Source of the DNA: Escherichia coli
Lineage (GTDB): Bacteria > Pseudomonadota > Gammaproteobacteria > Enterobacterales > Enterobacteriaceae
Reading direction: 5' to 3' (one strand)
NCBI RefSeq assembly: GCF_030384885.1
Contig: NZ_CP128613.1
DNA length: 64,000 bases
A program made the position numbers and the translations under genes. Below, one piece after another: positions 55,352 to 64,000 of this stretch; position 1 is the first letter of the stretch; every line of letters begins with the position of its first letter. Below the pieces are notes generated by a model, which ran no database searches, had not been told where the DNA came from, and saw only the letters and a list, made by a program, of their open reading frames with translations.

Positions 55352-56695
55352 TCATTTCTTTGCCGCGCTTTTATTGCACTTCTTACAGCCTTCAATCAAT
55401 TTTTCAGTTATTATATAATAATAAGGAATGTAAATGTTTAACCCGCAAGTTTTAATCGAATCGAAAGCAAGAACTTTCACAATGGATTCTTCTCCATCTT
55501 TCTCCATTAGCAATATATCACTTAAAGGCAAATCATTAGGATTGTAAATCCTCACATCGCCAGGCTGTCTTTCATAGGCTTCGATGTCATCACCTGGTTG
55601 GCCATAGGCTAAATGAGTGGCTTTAATCCAGTTTATTGGTTCAGCATTTTGACACCAGGAGATTATTTTTTCTAATTTTTCAGGTGTGTAAGCTTTTACA
55701 TAATCTCCATGTTTTTCACATCTACCTAGTTCTGAAAAATGGCCCAGGGTGTATTCATAAGAATAATCACCAGCAGTCAATGGTAGTCTAAAGTATTGCT
55801 GAGGCAATGCCTTCTGGACTTTGGTTTTACTCAGCAAATTAAAGGTGATATCATAAAGTTGATATAGACAAACACCCTCTCGATCTGGATATCCATAAGG
55901 CTTGATGTCAGAAAGCATCTCAATATCAGAATTATAAACACTTGCATAATCATCACTTCCAAACATGAAAAAACCTTTTGATAGAATGAATATTGCATTA
56001 GGAAGAACGTTTTTTTCAAAATTCTGCGAGTGAGTTTTTATTTCTTGTACTATGTCCATCCAATCCATATCAGTATCATAGGCGAAGATAATTCCAAAAC
56101 CATTAGTCTGAATTCTCTCCTCTGAATGTATAAATATGTTCTGATTTATACCATGTTTCTTTAGTTTTTTGAATGAGCGGATATTTTCGAAAGCACTTTT
56201 CAGTTCTTTTTTTGTTAGTTTTGACTTAACCTGAATCACACCATAGCAGTACTCCACAGGTAAAACCTCAAAAATTTCCTGTCGCTGCATAAGCGAAAAT
56301 GAATTAAAAGCATCATAAAAAAGAATGTCGATTTCATTACTGAGATGTCCTGAGGTTGACGCTACACGGACACTTGATTTTGAGATGGCATAGCTTTGCG
56401 GTAAGAGTTTATTTTCATTGAAAAAGCATCTTAAGAGTTCCTCTCTGACAGTACCAACATCTCTTGGATGCTTAATATCTTTCGATATTTCAAAATCTTG
56501 AAGCATTTTCCTCTGTAAGTGAATGAACTCCCTTTCAAGACCATAAAATTCTTTATCTTTAGATCTCAGTTTGCTTGCACGAGAAACTTGATCGGATATC
56601 CATTCCTTTGTGCGAGACTCTCTCTCAGCAAAATCATCACGTTGTTTTTTTACAGCACCGGTCAAGCGTTTTCTTGTGTTTTCATTATCGGACAT
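55352..56695 (-). CDS. Hypothetical 447-aa protein of unknown function (AT-rich cargo gene; possible PD-(D/E)xK-like nuclease motif)
   Basis: Long uninterrupted ORF in visibly AT-rich DNA, K/E-rich N-terminus, a segment (…EIDILFYDAF…EYCYGVIQVKSK…) reminiscent of a restriction-endonuclease-like fold; stands alone between a terminator and the repeat/invertase region. Confidence 0.7.
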   Translation of the reverse strand: MSDNENTRKRLTGAVKKQRDDFAERESRTKEWISDQVSRASKLRSKDKEFYGLEREFIHLQRKMLQDFEISKDIKHPRDVGTVREELLRCFFNENKLLPQSYAISKSSVRVASTSGHLSNEIDILFYDAFNSFSLMQRQEIFEVLPVEYCYGVIQVKSKLTKKELKSAFENIRSFKKLKKHGINQNIFIHSEERIQTNGFGIIFAYDTDMDWMDIVQEIKTHSQNFEKNVLPNAIFILSKGFFMFGSDDYASVYNSDIEMLSDIKPYGYPDREGVCLYQLYDITFNLLSKTKVQKALPQQYFRLPLTAGDYSYEYTLGHFSELGRCEKHGDYVKAYTPEKLEKIISWCQNAEPINWIKATHLAYGQPGDDIEAYERQPGDVRIYNPNDLPLSDILLMEKDGEESIVKVLAFDSIKTCGLNIYIPYYYIITEKLIEGCKKCNKSAAKK

Positions 56696-57095
56696 AAATT
56701 AACCTTAAGTTGATAAGTTTTGTGGTGAATTTATAAAGCCTGAGGGATAAACATTTATAGTCTATAAGTTACTATTTATTTGAGATAGTAAGCCAATTTT
56801 ATTAGATGAAGAAACGTTCATAACCTCCTCAACTACGTTTCAATCGGCAACATCGGAGAAGTACACTTTGACAATATATAGCATATTGAAGCAGCTGTAA
56901 CTTAGAGCGCGTACACTCAAGATTTCCCGCTGCGGTGATGGCGGACGACTGCGTTTGATAACTCATTTCCCTCACCAACTATCGGACCTGTTCCTGATTG
57001 ATTATCACATTATAATGTGAGCAATGTCCGCTCCTAGCACATAGCAGTTCTAGAGACAATGGCGTAAAGTCATGGAGAATCGGTGGGAGGATATT

Positions 57096-57227
57096 CAGTT
57101 TCATTCATGCCGAAATACGGTAAAATCTATAACAGATAGAAATCATTCAATATTCGCACTATCAGAAGCTGGCCAGCCAACCGCGCACGATTTTGCATAC
57201 GACATGCTACGGTTTCATTTATCTCCG
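57096..57227 (+). repeat. Copy B of the ~130-bp imperfect direct repeat
   Basis: See copy A (52924..53053). Confidence 0.5.
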
Positions 57228-57814
57228 ACCGGAAACTTCTTATACAGTGTCGATACACCAACATCATAGATGATCTCCACCTTCTGGCGAGGAACGCCTG
57301 ATGCAATTAATCGCCCGGCCTGCGCCCTTTGTTCTGGTGTAAGTTTGGGACGACGTCCACCAATTCGTCCCTGTGCGCGAGCAACTTCCAGTCCAGCTTT
57401 TGTTCGTTCAACAATCAGTTCTCGTTCCATTTCAGCCAGGGCACCCATCACATGAAAGAAAAAACGCCCCATCGGTGTGCTGGTATCAATAGCATCCGTC
57501 AGGCTGCGAAAATTAACGCCACGTTCGCGCAACTCCTCAACCAGAATGACCAGATGGACAAGCGTGCCGGGACCGGGTTTATTCAGCGCTTCAATCAGGC
57601 GATCGCGCTGGTCAAAGCAGTCATCTCCCACCACATAAGCTGTGATGGACGGGCGGAAAGTGACTTTTCCCAGATCTTCGGTATAGGGCTTGTCGCGGTT
57701 CGGGTATTCATGTGTTTCCACACGGCGACCGGTTCCCGCACTTTCTTCTTCAACCTTAAACGGCACACCTCGAAATGACGCATCCTGAAGCCTGTCTTTC
57801 CACGTCATATACAC
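57215..57814 (-). pseudogene. Pin/Hin/Gin-family serine invertase C-terminal fragment fused to an unrelated N-terminus
   Basis: The C-terminal ~115 aa (…ELRERGVNFRSLTDAIDTSTPMGRFFFHVMGALAEMERELIVERT…RRPKLTPEQ…STLYKK) match the invertase core and HTH; the N-terminal ~85 aa show no resolvase catalytic-Ser region. Confidence 0.6.
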
Positions 57815-57821
57815 TCCGAAA

Positions 57822-57850
57822 ATAAAAAAGCCACCTATTAGAAGGTGGCC
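57822..57850 (-). terminator. Rho-independent terminator of the lipoprotein-like gene
   Basis: Stem GCCACCT / AGGTGGC followed on the minus strand by a T-tract (TTTTTATTTT). Confidence 0.6.
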
Positions 57851-57869
57851 TTGTAATGAATTTTATTAA

Positions 57870-58400
57870 TTAGCGAGTCAGAAACAACGAATCTTTATAC
57901 TTTTGCTGTTGTTCATTTAAATACTTAGCTGTTTCATCGCTGGCAAATGGAAATATTACCGTATTTTTAGGCATGGTAATTTCTTTTTTGTCCAGCGTCA
58001 GAGTAAACATAGGAACATACTGAGCAGAGTAACGCACCGCAGAAACGAGCTCTAGTTTAGACTCTTCAATAACACTTAAATTATCCAGGCTAACTTTCTC
58101 TTCATCTTTTTTCTTTGACGCATTTAAAGTTTTTATTACTTTATTTAATTTCTCCTGAAAATCCTCCTTAAAGTTTTCAGGATTGCCGTCGACAACAAGA
58201 ATCTGTTCACCCTGATTATCTGGAAAAATAATCTTTGCACTTATCAATTTATTTTCTTTATAAACATCACCAAGTTTTATGGCTCCTCCAGATAACTGAA
58301 TAATATGTTCATCTTTAAAGGAGATGTTGCCAGAGATTATGAGAGATGAAAAAATAGCCGCTGCTCCAAGAATTACACTTGCTGTGATATAGCCTTTCAT
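57870..58400 (-). CDS. Hypothetical signal-peptide/lipoprotein-like protein (AT-rich cargo)
   Basis: 176-aa ORF with an N-terminal hydrophobic segment (MKGYITASVILGAAAIFSSLIISG), Lys/Glu-rich, in visibly AT-rich DNA, with its own terminator. Confidence 0.6.
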   Translation of the reverse strand: MKGYITASVILGAAAIFSSLIISGNISFKDEHIIQLSGGAIKLGDVYKENKLISAKIIFPDNQGEQILVVDGNPENFKEDFQEKLNKVIKTLNASKKKDEEKVSLDNLSVIEESKLELVSAVRYSAQYVPMFTLTLDKKEITMPKNTVIFPFASDETAKYLNEQQQKYKDSLFLTR

Positions 58401-58491
58401 TTTTCGCCTATTAACATTTTTCTAAATGTGCATTAATTCTATCACTCTATTTATGACTTACAACCAGCAATACATGTGAGGGGAATCCTGG

Positions 58492-59623
58492 CTACCAAAA
58501 TCGGGTATAGCCAACATCGTGATTTATATCAATGCCACTGGAGCGTGTTTCCGTAACCCGCATACCTGGTGGCATATTTATAAATGATACCTTGATCTCA
58601 CCATCAACTTTTGGCGCGGTAGCTTTATTAATCATGAAGGGATTCGGGCCTGTGGCATCGGAGGCGTTGTTTGCCTGAGCCGGATCCACCGCCGGATAAG
58701 GAGTGTATCCCCGTGCCGGTATTCCCGTCTTCGATATTGTTGAAGGTGGCGCGATCGGTGTTCTGCACCATGTGCAACGGCACCCGGAACAGACGACAGA
58801 TTTCTTCAAGCTGAAACTTGCGGGTTTCCAGGAACTGGCTGTCCTCGGCGTTCAGCGCCATCGACTTCCAGTCCAGCCCCATCTCAAGGATCATCGGGCG
58901 GTGAGCATTACCAAGCCCGGTGTGACGCTCCTCAAAATCTTTCTTCAGGCGCTCATAAGCCTGATCCGACAGCGTCTGTTCTGTACGCAACACACCCGAC
59001 GTCACCGCGCCATTGCTGAACAGTCTGGCCCCGTGCTCTTCGGTCGCAGCTGCCAGCGATATTGCCTCACGGGCATAGGCGATGGGATTCAGTCCCACCA
59101 GACCGTCCAGCGTCAGCGTGCGCACATGCCAGATATCCTCCTGGCTCAGTACATCCGTGGAGCCATCCGGGAATGTGACCTGATAGACCGGCTCCCAGCT
59201 ACTGTTAAGCTTCGGTACCACACAGCCGGGATCGACGGGCAGCAGTTCAGCCACTTCGCCAAATGCTTTCACTTTGTAGGCGTAAAAGTTTCCCCGCAGG
59301 CACAGACAGGTGACCACCAGCTCCCAGAACTCCTGCGGCGTCATATAGCCATTGGGATGCGTGGAGATCAGCTTATGCAGACGTTCGCCAGTGGCTCTCT
59401 GCTTCAGGCTGCCGTTCAGGTGATACAGGTTGCAGGGCAACATCCCGACCGACTCCGCCAGCACCCTGACACAGGAAAAAACCGCCGTCAGTCGCATGGC
59501 CCGCTGGCTGCTGATCTGCTTTCCGGTATAGGTGTCGTAGGACAACCCGATGGCATCCGCCAGCTCTGCTGGCGTGGTCACCGGTGCGTCACTTTTTCGT
59601 TGAAATAATCCCGAAAAGAACAC
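58492..59623 (-). pseudogene. Phage portal protein (HK97 family), frameshifted and truncated
   Basis: ORF 58628..59623 (331 aa) is portal-like until ~58720, where it runs into a low-complexity tail; the continuation lies in another frame (58492..58809). Confidence 0.7.
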
Positions 59624-59805
59624 TATTTACCTCCGCCGACAGACAGCTGTGTACGATCGAGATATCGCGCCACCAGCCACGACCAGAACAGGCACAGCGC
59701 CCCGGCAACAACAAAACCCGCCGGGGGATAAATCAGCCAGGCACCATATGCCAGCAAAAGCGCACCCAGCACGCCCACCAGAGGCGCGAGAATCAGCATG
59801 ATCAT
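59623..59805 (-). CDS. Small hydrophobic protein between portal and terminase
   Basis: 60-aa ORF with two predicted TM helices; stop overlaps the portal start. Confidence 0.4.
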   Translation of the reverse strand: MIMLILAPLVGVLGALLLAYGAWLIYPPAGFVVAGALCLFWSWLVARYLDRTQLSVGGGK

Positions 59806-59816
59806 AATTACCTCAG

Positions 59817-61550
59817 TTAAAGCGAGCGGATCCCGTAGGACTCAATGTGGTCAGACAGCGTGTCTTCTTTCTCGTACAGCATGGCTCTGCCAACCGCCAT
59901 AATCAGCGCAACTGCACCATCGATTTTGTTTTCCGCCTGCTCTTTGACGGGTTTCACCACATCATCGTTACCCGGAATGGTTTTGCCGACCACGTTGCCG
60001 ATACACCAGGTCATGATGGGATTGCCGTCATGATGAAAGCGCCCCGATTCAATTGCCGCTTCCAGCTCTTTCATCGGGTCGGACATGTTGGTGTAGTTCT
60101 GAATGATAGTGATGGGGTTCAGGTCTTCATCAGCAAGGTCATGTGACAACCCGGTCGCCCCGAAGGGGTCGATGGGTGACTCACTGACCGGGCTGATTTT
60201 GTTCGCCGCTTTGGCCTCCTCGAGGATGTAGCGATAATCCACCTCCGCACCATCGGTAACGGTCAGAACGCCCATTTCCACCCATTTCTGAAAGCGTTCG
60301 GCTGTCCGTCGATCTTCATTTTTCTCGACGCTGTACACCGTGTCATACGGTACCCAGAAACGCGGGGCCACACTGTAGTAATGCGTTTTACCGTCAATCT
60401 CGCGGGTATAAAGTCGCGCCATGCTGTTCATATCCAGCTTACGCGCCAGGTCAAAGGCCAGAATGCACGGCTGCCCCTCGAACTGCTCAAGAGTCAGTGA
60501 TTTATCCTCGCATCTCTGCCAGCTCACCAGGTTGAAATACGCCGAACGCGCCGACACCCAGATATTGAGGTGTTTTGTTTTAAAGACGTTTGCCAGACGG
60601 GCGTTATTTTTCGCACGTTGCTGCTGGCTTAACAAAAACTCGCGATAAACCGACACACCGATATTCGGGTTAGCTTTTTCAAGTACCTGCGGGTCGGTCC
60701 AGTCGTCGCCTTCGTCAACGGTATAGATGATCCCGAACAGTTCATCGTTGGGCACCGAGCCGTTGAGCATCTCGATGACTTCCCGCCGTTTGTCGTAGCA
60801 CGGCCCCTCAATGTTGTACCCGGCGGTGGTAATGGCCCACATCAGTGGCTGGCGTCGCGCCCCCATCCCGGTAAGCATCGTGGTGTAAAGCGCATCTGTG
60901 GCGTGCTCGTGATATTCATCCACCACCGCACAGTGGGGTGATGAACCATCACCGGGGTTACCGATCAGCGGTTCAAACCGCGCACCATCCTCCGGACGGT
61001 TCATGTTTGAGGCGTTAACCTCAATCCCGAACGCTTCCGTCAGCATGGGTGTGCGTTTACACATCAGTCGTGCCGGACGAAAGACTTCCCATGCCTGTTT
61101 CTCCGTCGTGGCACCGGAATACACTTCCGCGCCGAACTCGTTATCACAGGCAAAACAATACAGGGCGACACCGGCAGAGATTGCCGATTTGCCGTTCTTA
61201 CGGGGGATTTCGGTATACACCTCACGGAAGCGGCGCAGCCGGGAGCCTTTATTGACCCAGCCAAACGCGCAGCAGATCACAAAGAGCTGCCACGGCTCCA
61301 GCGTGATGGGCATCCTCTTAAATGCCCACTCACCCTTGGTGTGCGGCAACAGCTGAATAAATTTCGCGGCCCGTTCAGCCAGGTCCTTGTCGAAGCGGTA
61401 ACGAAACGACTTACTTTTTTCCTCCATCAGGTCATCAAGATGGCGCTGGCAGGCCTGAATCACAAACTGGCAGGCCACAATCTTTCCGTGCACGACATCA
61501 CGGGCATACTGATTGGCAGCATTTACGTTGGGGTAAGATTTCCGGCTCAT
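59817..61550 (-). CDS. Phage terminase large subunit
   Basis: 577 aa; ATPase Walker-type region (…EIPRKNGKS…) and C-terminal nuclease region; overlaps the small-subunit gene by 4 bp. Confidence 0.9.
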   Translation of the reverse strand: MSRKSYPNVNAANQYARDVVHGKIVACQFVIQACQRHLDDLMEEKSKSFRYRFDKDLAERAAKFIQLLPHTKGEWAFKRMPITLEPWQLFVICCAFGWVNKGSRLRRFREVYTEIPRKNGKSAISAGVALYCFACDNEFGAEVYSGATTEKQAWEVFRPARLMCKRTPMLTEAFGIEVNASNMNRPEDGARFEPLIGNPGDGSSPHCAVVDEYHEHATDALYTTMLTGMGARRQPLMWAITTAGYNIEGPCYDKRREVIEMLNGSVPNDELFGIIYTVDEGDDWTDPQVLEKANPNIGVSVYREFLLSQQQRAKNNARLANVFKTKHLNIWVSARSAYFNLVSWQRCEDKSLTLEQFEGQPCILAFDLARKLDMNSMARLYTREIDGKTHYYSVAPRFWVPYDTVYSVEKNEDRRTAERFQKWVEMGVLTVTDGAEVDYRYILEEAKAANKISPVSESPIDPFGATGLSHDLADEDLNPITIIQNYTNMSDPMKELEAAIESGRFHHDGNPIMTWCIGNVVGKTIPGNDDVVKPVKEQAENKIDGAVALIMAVGRAMLYEKEDTLSDHIESYGIRSL

Positions 61551-62050
61551 GATTCGATGATTTTCAGAAACGGGTTAGTGGCTTTCTTCTGCCCCGCCAG
61601 GCCAATCAGACGCTGGCGGCTGCTGGGGTCGAGTCCGAGCATTGCCCCCGTACTGCTCATCTCGGACTCCTGTTCTTTTTTGGCGGTCAGCTCCGGATTT
61701 TTGACCATACCGCCCATTGCACCGGTGATGGTGTTGCCCTGTCTGGCAATATTTTTCACGGCACGTCGCCAGAACTCGTAGGCCACGCACCACCGCTCAA
61801 GCACCGCGAGGTCAGTCACGCACAGCAGGCCCTGACCGCAGAGTTCTTTAGTTGTCAGTTGCCACATGATCGTGGCGAGAGGGAGATCTTCTTCAGCGAA
61901 CCACTCCGGTGGCTCAACACCTTTGATGGGCGTAAAAACAGGTTCATCTTTATTCAGGGCTCGCTTGCCGGGGTTTCCGGCCAGCGCCTTGCGCGCCGTT
62001 GGCTTGGGGCGACGCCCGGAACGCCCCGCCGTTCCAGCCATATGCGGCAC
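61547..62050 (-). CDS. Phage terminase small subunit (P27/HK97-type)
   Basis: 167 aa, basic N-terminus, immediately upstream of the large subunit. Confidence 0.8.
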   Translation of the reverse strand: MPHMAGTAGRSGRRPKPTARKALAGNPGKRALNKDEPVFTPIKGVEPPEWFAEEDLPLATIMWQLTTKELCGQGLLCVTDLAVLERWCVAYEFWRRAVKNIARQGNTITGAMGGMVKNPELTAKKEQESEMSSTGAMLGLDPSSRQRLIGLAGQKKATNPFLKIIES

Positions 62051-62166
62051 TCCTGGTTAAATTTCATTTTTCGCGGGTATAAAAAAACGATGGGGCGGGC
62101 AGTCCGGAAGACGTCAGGTCACAGGGATTTGACCCGCCCCTCCCCTCTGGCAGTGGGAACTGGTTC

Positions 62167-62517
62167 TTACTTCAGCCGTTCACGGGCCGTCTTCGCCTTA
62201 TGACACGGCCAGCACAAACTCTGCAGATTACTGTCGACATCAGTGCCGCCATGCGATTTAGGGATGATGTGGTCAACGGTCTTCGCCTCACGCACCACAC
62301 CAGCACGCAGACATAACTGACACAGGCCTTTGTCACGCTTCAGGACACGCGCGCGGATACTGTCCCACTTCGAACCGTAGCCGCGCTGATGACGGGATTG
62401 TCCAGGTTTGTATTGCTTCCAGCCTTCGCTTTTGTGGCTTTCGCAGTAGCCTGAAGGGTCCGTGGTTGTAAAGCGGCAGCCGCGAACACGGCAGGCTTTT
62501 GGGGTTCGTGGGGGCAT
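62167..62517 (-). CDS. HNH endonuclease (packaging-associated)
   Basis: 116 aa; HNH motif (…VDHIIPKSHGGTDVDSNLQSLCWPCHKAKT…) with a zinc-finger cysteine pair; typical position before terS. Confidence 0.85.
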   Translation of the reverse strand: MPPRTPKACRVRGCRFTTTDPSGYCESHKSEGWKQYKPGQSRHQRGYGSKWDSIRARVLKRDKGLCQLCLRAGVVREAKTVDHIIPKSHGGTDVDSNLQSLCWPCHKAKTARERLK

Positions 62518-63041
62518 ATGTACTCCAATGAAGAAACCAGCGAAATAGCTGCCTTCATTCGTAGTAAACCTTTTTCATCAACGCAGTAATGGATTCTTTG
62601 AAGAGTCGCGATCAATACAACTCACTAATGGAGAGACTTGTCTCACGCATGAGACAAATTTCCCGTTTGATTTAATGGACACTATAGAGGGACAGAATGC
62701 CTTCCTCACTCGAATCACATCAATTAAGGAGGTTCAACATGTTTCATTCCACAAGTCATCAGGCTGTAATTATGGCAGCATCAGTTTGTGCCAAAGACCT
62801 TTTCCGCTTCACTTTGAGCCTGATTCATTTCTACCTGACCGGCTCGCCTCTATCTTTTTAATCCCCGCTTTATCCAAATTGCATTGCCATAATGCCGACA
62901 ACACACTGACATTCAAATCCAGACTACCTCCAATAGTCTGACCGTACACCTATATAGTTTTAATTTTCATCAATCCATTTAACTATCGTTTAATTGTTGT
63001 CACATAGGATTCTGCCGTTTTTAACAATGCAGGATAATAAG

Positions 63042-63335
63042 ATGAAAAAAATGTTGTTTTCTGCCGCTCTGGCAATGCTTATTACAGGATGTGCTCAACA
63101 GACGTTTACTGTTGGAAACAAACCGACAGCAGTAACACCAAAAGAAACCATCACCCATCATTTCTTCGTTTCGGGAATTGGACAGGAGAAAACTGTTGAT
63201 GCAGCCAAAATTTGTGGCGGCGCAGAAAATGTTGTTAAAACAGAAACCCAGCAAACATTCGTAAATGGATTGCTCGGTTTTATTACTTTAGGCATTTATA
63301 CTCCGCTGGAAGCGCGTGTGTATTGCTCACAATAA
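63042..63335 (+). CDS. bor: Bor-like outer-membrane lipoprotein
   Basis: 97 aa from MKKMLFSAALAMLITGC (lipobox); sequence essentially as I recall lambda Bor. The track ORF starts earlier at 62994. Confidence 0.85.
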   Translation: MKKMLFSAALAMLITGCAQQTFTVGNKPTAVTPKETITHHFFVSGIGQEKTVDAAKICGGAENVVKTETQQTFVNGLLGFITLGIYTPLEARVYCSQ

Positions 63336-63366
63336 TTGCATGAGTTGCCCATCGATATGGGCAGCT

Positions 63367-63828
63367 CTATCTGCACTGCTCATTAATATACTTCTGGGTT
63401 CCTTCCAGTTGTTTTTGCATCGTGATCAGCCTCTCTCTGAGGGTGAAATAATCCCGTTCAGCGGTGTCTGCCAGTCGGGGGGAGGCTGCATTATCCACGC
63501 CGGAGGCGGTGGTGGCTTCACGCACTGACTGACAGACTGCTTTGATGTGCAACCGACGACGACCAGCGGCAACATCATCACGCAGAGCATCATTTTCAGC
63601 TTTCGCATCAGCTAACTCCTTCGTGTATTTTGCATCGAGCGCAGCAACATCACGCTGACGCATCTGCATGTCAGTAATTGCCACGTTCGCCAGCTTCAGT
63701 TCTCTGGCATTTTTGTCGCGCTGGGCTTTGTATGTAATGGCGTTATCACGGTAATGATTAACCGCCCATGACAGACAGACGATGATGCAGATAACCAGAG
63801 CGGAGATAATCGCGGTTAATCTGTTCAT
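63367..63828 (-). CDS. Rz: Lysis protein Rz (i-spanin)
   Basis: 153 aa, N-terminal TM anchor and coiled-coil region; start ATG overlaps the endolysin stop (ATGA). Confidence 0.9.
   Translation of the reverse strand: MNRLTAIISALVICIIVCLSWAVNHYRDNAITYKAQRDKNARELKLANVAITDMQMRQRDVAALDAKYTKELADAKAENDALRDDVAAGRRRLHIKAVCQSVREATTASGVDNAASPRLADTAERDYFTLRERLITMQKQLEGTQKYINEQCR
63426..63608 (-). CDS. Rz1: Lysis lipoprotein Rz1 (o-spanin), embedded in Rz in the +1 frame
   Basis: 60 aa with lipobox LVVVGC and proline-rich [15 protein letters not shown], entirely inside Rz. Confidence 0.85.
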   Translation of the reverse strand: MRKLKMMLCVMMLPLVVVGCTSKQSVSQCVKPPPPPAWIMQPPPDWQTPLNGIISPSERG

Positions 63829-64000
63829 ACCTCAATCTCTCTGACCGTTCCGCCCGCTTCTTTGAATTTTGCAATCAGGCTGTCAGCCTTATGCTCGAAC
63901 TGACCATAACCAGCGCCCGGCAGTGAAGCCCAGATATTGCTGCAACGGTCGATAGCCTGACGAATATCACCGCGATCAATCATCGGTAAAGCGCCACGCT
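63825..64000 (-). CDS. R: Endolysin R (lambda-type lytic transglycosylase), C-terminal part only; the gene continues past the window end
   Basis: Manual translation of the minus strand gives …[56 protein letters not shown], matching the lambda R C-terminus. Confidence 0.8.
   Translation of the reverse strand, partial: RGALPMIDRGDIRQAIDRCSNIWASLPGAGYGQFEHKADSLIAKFKEAGGTVREIEV

Larger units (their letters stand above)
54866..64000. mobile_element. Degraded prophage / integrative-element remnant extending past the window end
   Basis: tRNA-fragment att core, AT-rich cargo genes, truncated invertase, frameshifted portal, terminase small and large subunits, HNH endonuclease, and a bor / Rz / Rz1 / R lysis cassette. 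No head, tail or integrase genes in the window. Confidence 0.8.

Noticed and set aside
57072-57269. 65-aa plus-strand ORF
   Set aside because: Overlaps repeat copy B and the 3' end of the invertase fragment; the homologous copy A has no ORF, so the shared sequence is more likely non-coding.
58703-59608. 301-aa plus-strand ORF
   Set aside because: Antisense to the portal pseudogene; His/Arg/Gln-rich low-complexity translation.

Overview
This window reads as an Escherichia coli-type chromosomal segment: conserved core genes interleaved with accessory modules, ending in a degraded prophage. All calls rest on reading the ORF translations and the DNA by eye; no searches were run. Coordinates I derived myself (trimmed starts, hairpins, repeats) are approximate to a few bp. 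Left to right: (1) yahL and yahK; (2) a four-gene monosaccharide-type ABC importer plus an ASCH-domain gene, which I do not recall between yahJ and yahK in K-12; (3) the minus-strand yahD-E-F-G-I-J cluster, which looks like an uncharacterised carbamoyl-transfer catabolic module; (4) yahC, yahB, pdeL (yahA); (5) the betT / betIBA choline-to-glycine-betaine locus; (6) ykgGFE (lutCBA-like), with no intact ykgH-sized ORF beside betA; (7) rclR and rclABC; (8) an aldo-keto reductase, a Rob-like AraC regulator and an intact 1417-aa intimin-like adhesin (eaeH/fdeC); (9) a small island with a truncated aldo-keto reductase, a secreted small protein, a LysR regulator, an alpha/beta hydrolase and an Old-Yellow-Enzyme-type flavin oxidoreductase; (10) ykgR and the Zur-type rpmE2-rpmJ2 ribosomal paralogues; (11) the ecpRABCDE (Mat) pilus operon; (12) ykgJ and yagU; (13) a tRNA-Thr 3' fragment marking an att junction, followed to the window edge by a prophage remnant. 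The remnant carries AT-rich cargo (a 447-aa unknown protein and a lipoprotein), a truncated Pin-like invertase, a frameshifted portal, HK97-type terminase genes with an HNH endonuclease, and a lambda-type bor / Rz / Rz1 / R lysis cassette. The strongest candidates for undescribed biology are the 447-aa cargo gene at the att boundary (possible single-gene phage defence), the yahD-J cluster with its adjacent ABC importer, a ~130-bp non-coding repeat present in two copies, and a short promoter-to-terminator unit beside yagU. No CRISPR array, rRNA, intact tRNA or IS element was seen.
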